From: a virus
Length of the DNA: 64,000 nt
Reading direction: 5' to 3' (one strand)
Virus record (IMG/VR): IMGVR_UViG_3300005590_000001
Coordinates: 64,001-128,000 of that record
The notes beneath the pieces are model-generated. The model had not been told where the DNA came from, made no database searches, and saw only the letters and a list, made by a program, of their open reading frames with translations. Each line of letters starts with the position of its first letter. The first letter of the stretch is position 1. This document shows positions 56,001 to 64,000 of the stretch, piece after piece. Both the position numbers and the translations under genes were made by a program.

Positions 56001-56605
56001 TTCCACCTTCTGGTATAAATGGATTGACTGGTATGGATTTAAATCCGTGGCAGAGTGGTCATGATCTTGGATTTATTACCAGAGGAACTGGATTAGATGA
56101 TACTTATGAAGAGGTAGTAAATACTGGATGGTATGATGAATTCCGTGGTGTTGGTTTTAAATATCCATCTATAGGAGTTGGTTGGGGCCGTGATCAGCAC
56201 GGACGCCCATATCCACCCAGTTCTAGTAATCCAGAAAATTATGAAGAGAATTACATAGGCGATAGTACGCTGTGGGCGGCAGCTCCAGTTGATATGAGAT
56301 TTGATACTGATTATAAATTATGGCAAGCCCCGCCCATTCAAATGGGAATAGCTTATAATGAATTTCCGGCATCAAGTGGTATTACTTCACCGTCTCAGGG
56401 AATAGTGCTTAGATACGATCCAACTTATTTAGGTGGTTCTGGGATATTATTATCTAGCGGCGATGCGTATTGTTTTGATTCTACTATGGGAATTATTGAA
56501 TCAGGAACGATTGTTTATTATTATAATATTGCCGGAAAAAATCATATTCTTTATGCGGCTTGTAACCCAGATTCTGAAGCTTTACAAATAATTGCATCAT
56601 ATTAG
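53057..56605 (+). CDS. tail tip/baseplate hub protein
   Basis: Start MATYLG; C-terminal EEAGSVT..G.P...PGD......ITD.SV....GIQTTY hub-like motif. Confidence 0.6.
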   Translation: MATYLGSHIESFDCNMGWGNAESSVDVTLVDCVGDGLSFSAGTIGGPTRFIYGSFDYFGILEKYNTEENSGAYAKHSANISNGLDIINGVEIIINDYYGSVNSVPNLLNVFGYLEDSGGFGGSEINDAGMPWKAIRAGVEGIVNSPATGNFGNGITYKGYRYKIDLNDLPSALPSYYRFNGDSITLTDFIDECCLAGGADYFISMEPATVADSGNFVGIFKVNTVDRTTEATTGNIASYIGSNCISEREYGLEMRKATNGKFVVGPPVDRVWFVLPTTSGNNDPTGGITQSEYSNDTVLPYFGLDGDGNYIVGYGPSGDTNEYYFDIDIKDAGYPQVTSYTTCLGELRAAKKGRLSWEGYLAKRNMNRYIINPTGLQTEFFESHAGPSGFAFSSYNGVDTFAIPKYGYEQAFHQKGRAYAHTHYPTSSGRVLTYNHDGVPNPYFLRATALGLPDAFGIAAARMLEGDLYTKASTSSFFAKVYTEFKNTLGVGNEFLQQALRPSDARNASKFEDFTNGNIGDKTLIIYRKIKDLADNYYNRRFMVSAPFTVGAVQPESYNIRTSNEPTDLGYIDESQWSSAYSNGLIPDISGIATITSADNRFHPYVKYENALIVSTGTGIVSGPYDFSDISSESKIASVPVTASGFIYYDIFIRCSTFPNMVYQDTTTLLNPRVVIEMPGAVKPIENVQSYAKSFFNLMDERGNGVGGAFENDASVNNEFIQKRLDKVGADKIQFHDGEEFHYADLYAVPLRSNLLSYGPWYAVGADGGVRYEKNAELTPWNYGGYTALNTAGNARASQEVTNQTFEEAGSVTIMGSPLLKPGDQLIVNGPYITDMSVRTSDDGIQTTYRMQSWSAHRAIDKLRSHNNRRLQRFIRQSYQSQRIYREGLKSGRFSNAVDFISGLANKFTSLDEYGQRNKPSTSHNLIGGQFNGMKSEVAIQPFYNVSAQLSSDYFDKAFMTLDGLYRPVSTVEHTGMNYFQIPPSGINGLTGMDLNPWQSGHDLGFITRGTGLDDTYEEVVNTGWYDEFRGVGFKYPSIGVGWGRDQHGRPYPPSSSNPENYEENYIGDSTLWAAAPVDMRFDTDYKLWQAPPIQMGIAYNEFPASSGITSPSQGIVLRYDPTYLGGSGILLSSGDAYCFDSTMGIIESGTIVYYYNIAGKNHILYAACNPDSEALQIIASY

Positions 56606-56614
56606 GATTAAGAA

Positions 56615-59491
56615 ATGAGACGCGGCAGACCTTGTGCTTGTGGCTGTGTGGAATGTGTTGGATATACTTGTACGAATCCATACACTAGCGACGGATGCTT
56701 AACACGAGTATTACAACATTTTTATGATGATTTCGAAGAACCGTATAGCAATCCGGGTTGGGAAAATGGAGACCGCTTCATTGCAACTGGTGGTTATGGT
56801 GTACCAGTAGAAAGTGGATTTGTTTCTGATACTGTTCCGGGATCATCTCTACCATCACCAGTAGATTGTTTAAGTTATATTGGCGCTTGTACTTGGTGTT
56901 ATGATTTAGCTTGTGATGGATCTGGTGTTGGCGGCAGTATAGAAATAGAAAACGGTCCAAAGATTACTGTTTGTCATGACAGCGTTGTTTTTTATCCACC
57001 TGATGGATCTGGTGTAGAAATAGCAACAAATTTTCAAAGTTGTGATAATATTGTGATGTATTTTCGTCACTATGCCATTCCGCCAGTAGGAAACTATAAT
57101 CAATCTATTCAAATTATACACAGAAGAAATGGCACCATAAGCGGATGTAATAATTATAATGGTTTAGCCGTTACACCTGCTGATACTGGAGACTGTGATT
57201 TTACAAGTTGCTCAATTTATTCAAATGATTTTGTAGAATCTACTGGACAGTATACTATTAGTTCTTCATTAGATACTGTTATTGGTGCTAATGCAACGCG
57301 AGATTGGAAAATTGATCAAGTTTGTATCACGCAGAATGAAGTTAAGAAGAATCCGGGTTGGTATGATTGTTATGACAATGGAGATTGTGGTAGATATATC
57401 AAGCCAAATTATTTTAATTGGAGCGATACATTTTGTAATTATGCCGAAGAATCTGGTAACTATATTAATTTAATTTGGGGTTTCGATATAGATGAATTGT
57501 TCTATGAAGATTGCGATTGGGAACCGCCTGTTGGATCTTCAGCTCAGGGTCTTTTTGTTACACCATTATCACAAATTACTATTGACTGGCATGATACTGG
57601 TATTTTGAATGTCGTTCCAATTATGGCCGTACAAGATGTCAATACTATTGTTTGTGACACCGGCAACACTTATGGGCGTATGGTTGCTTTTAGTGGTGAT
57701 GGTTGCGGGTGTTATGGTGATTTACCCATATTATCTTTTAATGATCCAACCAAGATGGGTATCTATGGCAGTACTTCTGCTCAAGCAGAACAGGGTAACA
57801 TGACTATAATGGGTACTACAAATCCATTTCCAAATCTTGGTCGATCTGTTTCTTGGCCCACTGATACCATTACAACTAATTGTGACTTACCAAATCATAG
57901 TAGTGATGCTAATTTATCAAATGTAAGTTTATTAACCATTCCGCGCGAAGACAATCGTTACTCTGTAAATCGCTATTATGAGCTAGAGGGTTTTTACTCT
58001 AACGATGAATTTCTTTTCGATTACACATTGGATCCGCAGTGGATTTGTTCCTATAATTGTTACAAACTCTCATTTAACACATCTTACAATTGGTGGGAAG
58101 GAACATATTGGGCAATAGAAGGTTCTGGTACTTCCTCACACCCTTTACCAAGTGGTGGACGTATTACTGGTGGTGGTGTGAATGCTTATTCAGATTTTGA
58201 TGGTATTGACTTTGATTCTATTTATGAAAGTGATCAGTGTTGTTCATCATATGATATGTATATTTATTCACCTTGTGGTGGGGGAACAACATTTTATACT
58301 GAATTACATGAAGTAAGTGGTGATCTGGCTGCCTCTACATTAACAATGAATGTAGGAGCTTCTATTTTTAATTCATTTATGTCCGCTGGCAACTTTCAAG
58401 CTGTTTATGATACTGATACTTCAATAAATTCTTGGTGTGCTGGTTTTGATTTTCAACAAAGTACTTGTTGTTTGTTTGATTGGGAATCAGATATTGCTAA
58501 TAGTACTGATTATAACATTGTTTCATATCCAATAAATACAGGATGTTTTCACCCCGTTTATCAAGGACTTGGTCAAGCTGATCTTAAGGCTATATGGGGT
58601 CCTCCAGCAGGTAATGGTTTACCGTTTTGTATGCTAGATCCTTTTGGATTTCCTGTTTATAATTCAGTAGATGAGCCGCAATCTAATAGAACTATTGATC
58701 AAGCAAATTCAAGACAAAGTCCTAAATTTGGTAAAGTATTTAATAGAACAGGAGCATCTGGAATATGCTTAGTTAGTACTGATGAAATTAAAATTTATGA
58801 TGCGACATTAGGATTCGGCACTTTTGCGGTTCCGGTAGATCAATGGGATGTGGCAAACGGCACCGCAGATTGCAGTTATAATAATGTATCAATTTTAAAC
58901 GGCGAAGTCAGAGCAGAATATTATTTCTATGCTGGCAGTGGAATTTCTGAATATGGTAATTATTCAGGGACGATTACTGATTTACCAGATATTGGCCATA
59001 ATTCTTTTGCGCCAAGTGGATATCCATTCTTGACTAGCGATTGGACTTATTCACACACGGTTCCTACCGCTCCTGCACATTGTTGGGTGTGGTATGATTC
59101 TGTAGATTCAGAAATTAAAGCAGCTCTAAAAGGACCACAATCTGCTTGTGCTACCTTGGATGGATTATTTGAAATTATGAGTAGATATTTTACTAGTGGT
59201 TTTCAAGGAGAATTGCTTACTGATTGGATGCAATCTGAGACAGACCTAAAAGATGGCAGATATTTAGCCGAAGTTAATGTATTGAGCGCTAGTGGTGAAC
59301 CACTTAAGTTAGAAATATTACAACCATTTAAGTCTCATATAAAATTTCCAATTGAAAATGGCGCTAATAATGGAGAAGAGCCAGACTGTCCTTCTGTGAG
59401 TGGTTTGGAAGAAATTTATTTCCGACACATTCCAAGACTTTGTAGGGTTGTGTTAACAGAAACAAGTGAAAATAGACTATGTTCATTCTAA
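56615..59491 (+). CDS. Cys-rich acidic tail-tip/receptor-binding protein
   Basis: N-terminal PCACGCVEC; dozens of Cys; synteny. Confidence 0.55.
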   Translation: MRRGRPCACGCVECVGYTCTNPYTSDGCLTRVLQHFYDDFEEPYSNPGWENGDRFIATGGYGVPVESGFVSDTVPGSSLPSPVDCLSYIGACTWCYDLACDGSGVGGSIEIENGPKITVCHDSVVFYPPDGSGVEIATNFQSCDNIVMYFRHYAIPPVGNYNQSIQIIHRRNGTISGCNNYNGLAVTPADTGDCDFTSCSIYSNDFVESTGQYTISSSLDTVIGANATRDWKIDQVCITQNEVKKNPGWYDCYDNGDCGRYIKPNYFNWSDTFCNYAEESGNYINLIWGFDIDELFYEDCDWEPPVGSSAQGLFVTPLSQITIDWHDTGILNVVPIMAVQDVNTIVCDTGNTYGRMVAFSGDGCGCYGDLPILSFNDPTKMGIYGSTSAQAEQGNMTIMGTTNPFPNLGRSVSWPTDTITTNCDLPNHSSDANLSNVSLLTIPREDNRYSVNRYYELEGFYSNDEFLFDYTLDPQWICSYNCYKLSFNTSYNWWEGTYWAIEGSGTSSHPLPSGGRITGGGVNAYSDFDGIDFDSIYESDQCCSSYDMYIYSPCGGGTTFYTELHEVSGDLAASTLTMNVGASIFNSFMSAGNFQAVYDTDTSINSWCAGFDFQQSTCCLFDWESDIANSTDYNIVSYPINTGCFHPVYQGLGQADLKAIWGPPAGNGLPFCMLDPFGFPVYNSVDEPQSNRTIDQANSRQSPKFGKVFNRTGASGICLVSTDEIKIYDATLGFGTFAVPVDQWDVANGTADCSYNNVSILNGEVRAEYYFYAGSGISEYGNYSGTITDLPDIGHNSFAPSGYPFLTSDWTYSHTVPTAPAHCWVWYDSVDSEIKAALKGPQSACATLDGLFEIMSRYFTSGFQGELLTDWMQSETDLKDGRYLAEVNVLSASGEPLKLEILQPFKSHIKFPIENGANNGEEPDCPSVSGLEEIYFRHIPRLCRVVLTETSENRLCSF

Positions 59492-60108
59492 AATCTGAAG
59501 ATGAAATTAAAAATATTCCTCATTACACGAAGTATATATTTACATACGTTCCATTGCATGAATTTACAATGAAAGGGGCTCATGTTATACATGTACTAGA
59601 TGACCCGATGAAAATGAACCGTCCGGGATTATCATCTTATGTAATTACCCGTGGATTTGATAAGGCCGGATTAATGCGGTGGGATGAGCCATTGGAAGAT
59701 TTCATTAAAGTTTTTGAAGCAAAACAAATCATTATTTCAAATCAATCTAAAAGATATATGACATTAGGAGATGTTTCAATGGTTAGTAATACTAAAAAAG
59801 TAATTAATTTCGCCGGAGCTTTAGTTAAGCATATAGCTAATGGTTTAAAAAATGTCAGCGACGAAGAACAACAACGACGATTGGAAATTTGCAATTCTTG
59901 CCCGTTATTATTAAACGGCGAATGTTCACTGTGCGGTTGTCCAGTAGAAGAAAAGACTAAGTGGGAATCAGAAGATTGCCCAGATGATCCATCTCGTTGG
60001 ACTGGTGAAGCAAAGAAAAAGCAGGCGTTGCCGCCTGCTCCTCAAACTCAACCCGCTCCTATGAGCCAACCTAGAAAGAAAAAGGGCGGCTGTGGATGCG
60101 GTGGCTAA
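59479..60108 (+). CDS. Cys-motif protein (RL.IC..C...C..CGC....K.......CP, DUF6171-like)
   Basis: Motif in the C-terminal half; in-frame internal ATG at 59779 has an AGGAG RBS. Confidence 0.6.
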   Translation: MFILKSEDEIKNIPHYTKYIFTYVPLHEFTMKGAHVIHVLDDPMKMNRPGLSSYVITRGFDKAGLMRWDEPLEDFIKVFEAKQIIISNQSKRYMTLGDVSMVSNTKKVINFAGALVKHIANGLKNVSDEEQQRRLEICNSCPLLLNGECSLCGCPVEEKTKWESEDCPDDPSRWTGEAKKKQALPPAPQTQPAPMSQPRKKKGGCGCGG

Positions 60109-60848
60109 TTTTTTTGTTGATGCTTCTGAATGTAATTAAAGAATGCATGTCCTTGTTCTAAACTAAAATCATCTAGATTTGCCGGACCTTTAAATTCTCT
60201 TAGACATTCTTCAAGACTAATTCCAAGAGCCACTAATTTCTTATGAATTAAGTTTTTAACTCTTTCAGTAATTTTCTGAACATCAGCTGATGGTGCCGGT
60301 TCAAAGGCATCCTCTGTATAACCAGAAACCATTTCTTCAGCTGAAGTTACCTGTAGGCCGAGTGCTTTTTTGAGTGCTCGGCTTTCTGCTTTAGTCTCTG
60401 CAGTAGCTGCCGGATGTTGAGCAAATTTATTATTCTTTGTCTCTACACAATCTGCTAATCCACGAAATGTACGCACTGGATACGACACATCAATATTGCC
60501 GTAGTCAATTGGTAAAGACATTTTCCAATAAATTTGTAACTCATACAATACTGTAACCACACGACTATCTTCCGTTGGGCTTACATCAAAATTTACCGGC
60601 CCAGCAAATTTAAAATCGCCCAAATATTTTTGAGCTAATCGCCGAAGACCAATACATCTTGGATATCTTTCTTCATATTTCTCTTCTTCTGTAAGTTCAG
60701 ACATGAGCATCTCTTGCCATGCATCACTGCCATACGCAAGATTTTGTTCGTCTAGAGCCTCTTCTACTGTGGTTGGTTGTTGAGGTTCTTCAAATGCAAT
60801 TTTAAAATCATCATTTGATTCTTCATCAACTACTTTACGCTTAGCCAC
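60105..60848 (-). CDS. putative single-strand annealing protein (Rad52/Sak-like)
   Basis: F.GLAD........P.ATAETKAESRALKKALGL...SAEEM, then a C-terminal IT..V..LI helical tail. Confidence 0.5.
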   Translation of the reverse strand: MAKRKVVDEESNDDFKIAFEEPQQPTTVEEALDEQNLAYGSDAWQEMLMSELTEEEKYEERYPRCIGLRRLAQKYLGDFKFAGPVNFDVSPTEDSRVVTVLYELQIYWKMSLPIDYGNIDVSYPVRTFRGLADCVETKNNKFAQHPAATAETKAESRALKKALGLQVTSAEEMVSGYTEDAFEPAPSADVQKITERVKNLIHKKLVALGISLEECLREFKGPANLDDFSLEQGHAFFNYIQKHQQKN

Positions 60849-61230
60849 TATTTAATACCCCTTGTAAATTTTGAAAAGTTAAGTCGCAAACTGTTGGTCT
60901 ACGACCACAATATTGTTCAATTTTGTCTGCATGATCCACACATCGGCACAATAAATAATCTGCTGATCGGAATAATTCAATATTCTTTTCATACGAAATA
61001 CCATTATTGTGCCAATCTAAATCATATACATAATAAATGCGCTTACTATTAGTTGGAATTCTTTCCGCTATTAAGGCTTCTTCACCTTGCGTATATATTA
61101 AAATGTTATCCCATAAACTATATACATTTAAAATTGGTAAACAAGAAATATCATCATGAGCAACCGACGCCATAGTGAACAGTGCCGCCTGAGACGGCTG
61201 GTTCTGTATTATATTTTTTATCTGCAGCAT
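60841..61230 (-). CDS. glycosyltransferase-like fragment/hypothetical protein
   Basis: RIYYVYDL...ADYLLCR pattern like a GT-B N-terminal lobe; start uncertain. Confidence 0.35.
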   Translation of the reverse strand: MLQIKNIIQNQPSQAALFTMASVAHDDISCLPILNVYSLWDNILIYTQGEEALIAERIPTNSKRIYYVYDLDWHNNGISYEKNIELFRSADYLLCRCVDHADKIEQYCGRRPTVCDLTFQNLQGVLNSG

Positions 61231-61678
61231 CCTTTGACTCTTCTTGTTCGACTTTAGCAGGAAGCACATCAAGTTCTTTTTGTACGGTAACAATTCGTTT
61301 TTCCTTTAAATCAATAATTTTTTTACCTAAATGACTAAACCAATCTGGTAAACCATGACGAATAATAACATAATCAAAGTATTGGAAATCAATCTTTAAA
61401 TCATTATAATTCATATTGAGAATAGCAGCTTTACTATTGGGGAAAAGTCCAGATCTATATCTATTAACTAATCCGTCCTCTTCTAAGACAACAACATCGT
61501 GTCCCTTCTCTGCTAGATATTCTCCCTCTGGAGACAAACCTCCATCAAGATCTAAAATCTTTTGTCGACCTTTAACTTTATTTAAAAGTTTTTTATCGTC
61601 TTTGTCTACTGGATCTCCACCAGCATCCAAAATTCCTTTTAATTGCATTCTTTGTGTAGTTAGTGATATTTTTTTCAT
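61154..61678 (-). CDS. SAM-dependent methyltransferase-like protein
   Basis: KILDLDGG......YLAEKGHDVVVLE...FDYVI. Confidence 0.55.
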   Translation of the reverse strand: MKKISLTTQRMQLKGILDAGGDPVDKDDKKLLNKVKGRQKILDLDGGLSPEGEYLAEKGHDVVVLEEDGLVNRYRSGLFPNSKAAILNMNYNDLKIDFQYFDYVIIRHGLPDWFSHLGKKIIDLKEKRIVTVQKELDVLPAKVEQEESKDAADKKYNTEPAVSGGTVHYGVGCS

Positions 61679-62148
61679 ATTATTCCAAATGCCTTATTAT
61701 TAGTTGTTGTGATGATTCCGGTACGTCCGGTGATTTTTTCCAACTCATCAAAAATTTTCTTTTCATCTTCTCTATGAACATCATCTACAATCATTGTAAC
61801 ATCTGTATTGAATAAATCAATATTTTTTATAAATCCATACCGCCCAATAATACCCGGTGGACCATCAATTAAAATACATGAGTATTCTTTTGGTAATGAT
61901 TTTAATGCATATGCGTCATACCAACTATCTTTAATTGGCGCGTAAATATACTTTATATTTGCGGAACTATGCATACCAATAAATTTGTAATCATGTTCAA
62001 CTGAAAAAACTTTCCAGTACTTTGCTAATACAGCAGTTGCTTGTCCACTTCCTAATTCTATAATATTAGTAAAACTAGGAATATTTTGCCGCATCCAAAC
62101 AAAGATCTCGTAGTCTATTGACCACTCTCCAAAATTTTCTTTTTCCAT
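61675..62148 (-). CDS. class I SAM-dependent methyltransferase
   Basis: IIELGSGQAT, SVEHD, ILIDGPPG..GR, IVDD..R. Confidence 0.8.
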   Translation of the reverse strand: MEKENFGEWSIDYEIFVWMRQNIPSFTNIIELGSGQATAVLAKYWKVFSVEHDYKFIGMHSSANIKYIYAPIKDSWYDAYALKSLPKEYSCILIDGPPGIIGRYGFIKNIDLFNTDVTMIVDDVHREDEKKIFDELEKITGRTGIITTTNNKAFGII

Positions 62149-62828
62149 TCTTCTATCTTTTTAGATTGTCTTATCGACAATATATGGTTATCTTTCAAAA
62201 GATTATCCCATTCACAATCTTTGTATGTTTCTGGATTTACAGAGGAAAGATTGATATCAACCTTTTCTTGTAAATTGAATACATTAATACAGTTTTCAAA
62301 ATCAAATGGGGTTAGTGCCACTTTGCCTAAGCTATTAATTTTCATAATTTCTTCAATTTCGTTGGCGGCACATATGACGTTGGATTTATATAATGCTCCG
62401 GTAAATTCTTGCGGAATAGATCCACAAGTAGCGATACCATAACCCTCACCAAATACTTTTAATGAGTATCCCAAAGATTCGATCTTTTTAACAAAGATCA
62501 TACTATCTGGACGTCTATTAAATAATACAACTTCTGTTCCATAAAGCTCTTTTGGTTCAAGAAATTTTAATTGCAACGGGTCAAACCCTTGTTGAAAATT
62601 ATAATTTAATCCGGGAAATGACAGTCCGGGAGCACAAAATTTTACAGCAGGGAATTGATTCATAGCTCTTTCAGCTTCAGCTACATTCTCAGTTAAAATC
62701 ATATCCGGGATAGGATCTTCAGAAGCCATCTGAAATACTGATTTTTGTTGTATTATTAATTGGACATCTCCGCCAGAAAGAATTTTATCCGCTGACAGTA
62801 ATCCGTATATATTAGTTTTAATTATCAT
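62115..62828 (-). CDS. glycosyltransferase-like protein (CgeB-like, degenerate)
   Basis: GFDP, LKVFG.G......G.I......ALY; cluster context. Confidence 0.4.
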   Translation of the reverse strand: MIIKTNIYGLLSADKILSGGDVQLIIQQKSVFQMASEDPIPDMILTENVAEAERAMNQFPAVKFCAPGLSFPGLNYNFQQGFDPLQLKFLEPKELYGTEVVLFNRRPDSMIFVKKIESLGYSLKVFGEGYGIATCGSIPQEFTGALYKSNVICAANEIEEIMKINSLGKVALTPFDFENCINVFNLQEKVDINLSSVNPETYKDCEWDNLLKDNHILSIRQSKKIEEWKKKILESGQ

Positions 62829-63522
62829 AATTTAAAAATGATTTCGATGTATCTTCAATTGCTTCTAATTTAAATTCTTCAAAAAGTTCAAAGTCAAACA
62901 TATTTTTTCTACATGTAGAACTGCAAACTTTTTTCTTCAATCTTGCCACATCTGGCTTAGAAAGTTTAGTCAGTCCTAAAAATTTCTTATTCGATTTAAA
63001 AGTAAATGATCTGATGTTATTTAATCTATCTTGTATTAATCCAACCCCATTAGCTTTAATTTCTTTATACAATGTAGCACTATTTTCTGCATCATATAAT
63101 TTTTCAAAAGAAAAATAGGACGGAACAAATTCTCCTCTTAAGAAGAATACTAATGGGGATAAACTTGCGTTAATTCCTATTCTAACATCTTCTGCAGAAT
63201 TTGAAACATCATAAATTACATTTTCAACAATACAATATTCACTTCTTCGATCAAACTTTAATACCTTGTTTATCTTATGACCGCCGACAATAATAATTTC
63301 TGGATCATAACAAAATGCATGTATCACATCTAATTGATAATTTAATATTTCTGATCCAGCATACTCCATTAATGATGGAGGTAAATTGGATATTTTATTA
63401 CAATATGGTCTAGAATTAATAATAATAAAAGCAGCTTTGTGACACACTTGGTGTTTAGAGGCTGGCTTAACTTTATCATAAATTACACTACGACCCTCAT
63501 ATTTAAAGGTAGAGATGGGCAT
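62818..63522 (-). CDS. nucleotidyltransferase-like protein (LicC/MobA fold, degenerate)
   Basis: P.SL....G..IL.YQL......EIIIVGG....V.N..YD.SNS. Confidence 0.6.
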   Translation of the reverse strand: MPISTFKYEGRSVIYDKVKPASKHQVCHKAAFIIINSRPYCNKISNLPPSLMEYAGSEILNYQLDVIHAFCYDPEIIIVGGHKINKVLKFDRRSEYCIVENVIYDVSNSAEDVRIGINASLSPLVFFLRGEFVPSYFSFEKLYDAENSATLYKEIKANGVGLIQDRLNNIRSFTFKSNKKFLGLTKLSKPDVARLKKKVCSSTCRKNMFDFELFEEFKLEAIEDTSKSFLNYDN

Positions 63523-64000
63523 TCCTCTGTCTTAATTTACGCAAGCATTCCTCACGCACCTTACCCCGAATTGGATCAGCACTATTATTAGATCCCATTC
63601 TTACAACACTTAAAACTTCTGGGTGGTGCCAAGCAACACAATGCTGTATAGCTCTAAGCCAAAAATCATAATCTTGCGCAACTCGCATTGATTCATCATA
63701 ATAAACTTCATTACTCAACTGAGCTTTTTTAAATACCCAAGATTTTACTAAACTATTACATTGAATTTGGCAATTTCTCCACATCATTTCTGGAGTAGTA
63801 GAAATTTTATATTCTCTAGCATAGAAATCATGATCGTTATAATAATGTAAATAATCATCATATACAATACCAATTTCGTCATTACTCTCAGCAATGTTAT
63901 ATAACGTTTCTACTTTCTTATCATACATCCAATCATCAGCATCTAGCAGCTGAATATATTTCAGACCAAGTTTTAAAGCAGCATTGACGCCAACATTTCT
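63503..64000 (-). CDS. GT2-family glycosyltransferase (5'-truncated by the window edge)
   Basis: Frame open to the edge: RNVGV....YIQLLDADD; QDYDFWLR. Confidence 0.85.
   Translation of the reverse strand, partial: RNVGVNAALKLGLKYIQLLDADDWMYDKKVETLYNIAESNDEIGIVYDDYLHYYNDHDFYAREYKISTTPEMMWRNCQIQCNSLVKSWVFKKAQLSNEVYYDESMRVAQDYDFWLRAIQHCVAWHHPEVLSVVRMGSNNSADPIRGKVREECLRKLRQRNAHLYL

Noticed and set aside
15944-60108. Stop-codon reassignment or intein/intron in terL and structural genes
   Set aside because: Genes are full length in code 11, all three stops are used, and no intein termini or splits are seen

Overview
This 64 kb window comes from a large tailed dsDNA phage (Caudoviricetes) using the standard genetic code. 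No tail sheath gene is recognisable and the tape measure is 2216 aa, so a long non-contractile tail is inferred. There are three blocks. (1) 1-15.9 kb, minus strand, accessory/early region: a Mesh1/SpoT-type HD hydrolase, many small orphan ORFs, three tRNAs (Tyr-GUA, Ile-UAU, Lys-UUU) plus a degenerate tRNA-like element, and two ~600-700 nt ORF-free, densely base-paired candidate ncRNAs that share a 14-nt perfect complementarity. It also holds a series of promoter-gene-terminator cassettes delimited by a repeated palindrome. One cassette is saturated with SOS-box-like dyads and lies ~0.9 kb from a gene for a LexA-type DNA-binding domain. (2) 15.9-60.1 kb, plus strand, late/morphogenesis operon: sigma-like factor, putative TerS, GDP-mannose dehydratase, TM-PAS protein, ClpP, two HNH nucleases, ERCC4 nuclease, TerL, portal, protease/scaffold, decoration protein, major capsid, mosaic beta-helix/PKD/LamG fibre modules, neck, tail tube, chaperones, tape measure with a zincin motif, and Cys-rich tail-tip proteins. 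(3) 60.1-64 kb, minus strand: a putative ssDNA-annealing protein and a glycosyl-/methyl-/nucleotidyl-transferase cluster. All calls are by-eye motif recognition; no database search or folding program was run and motif counts are manual.
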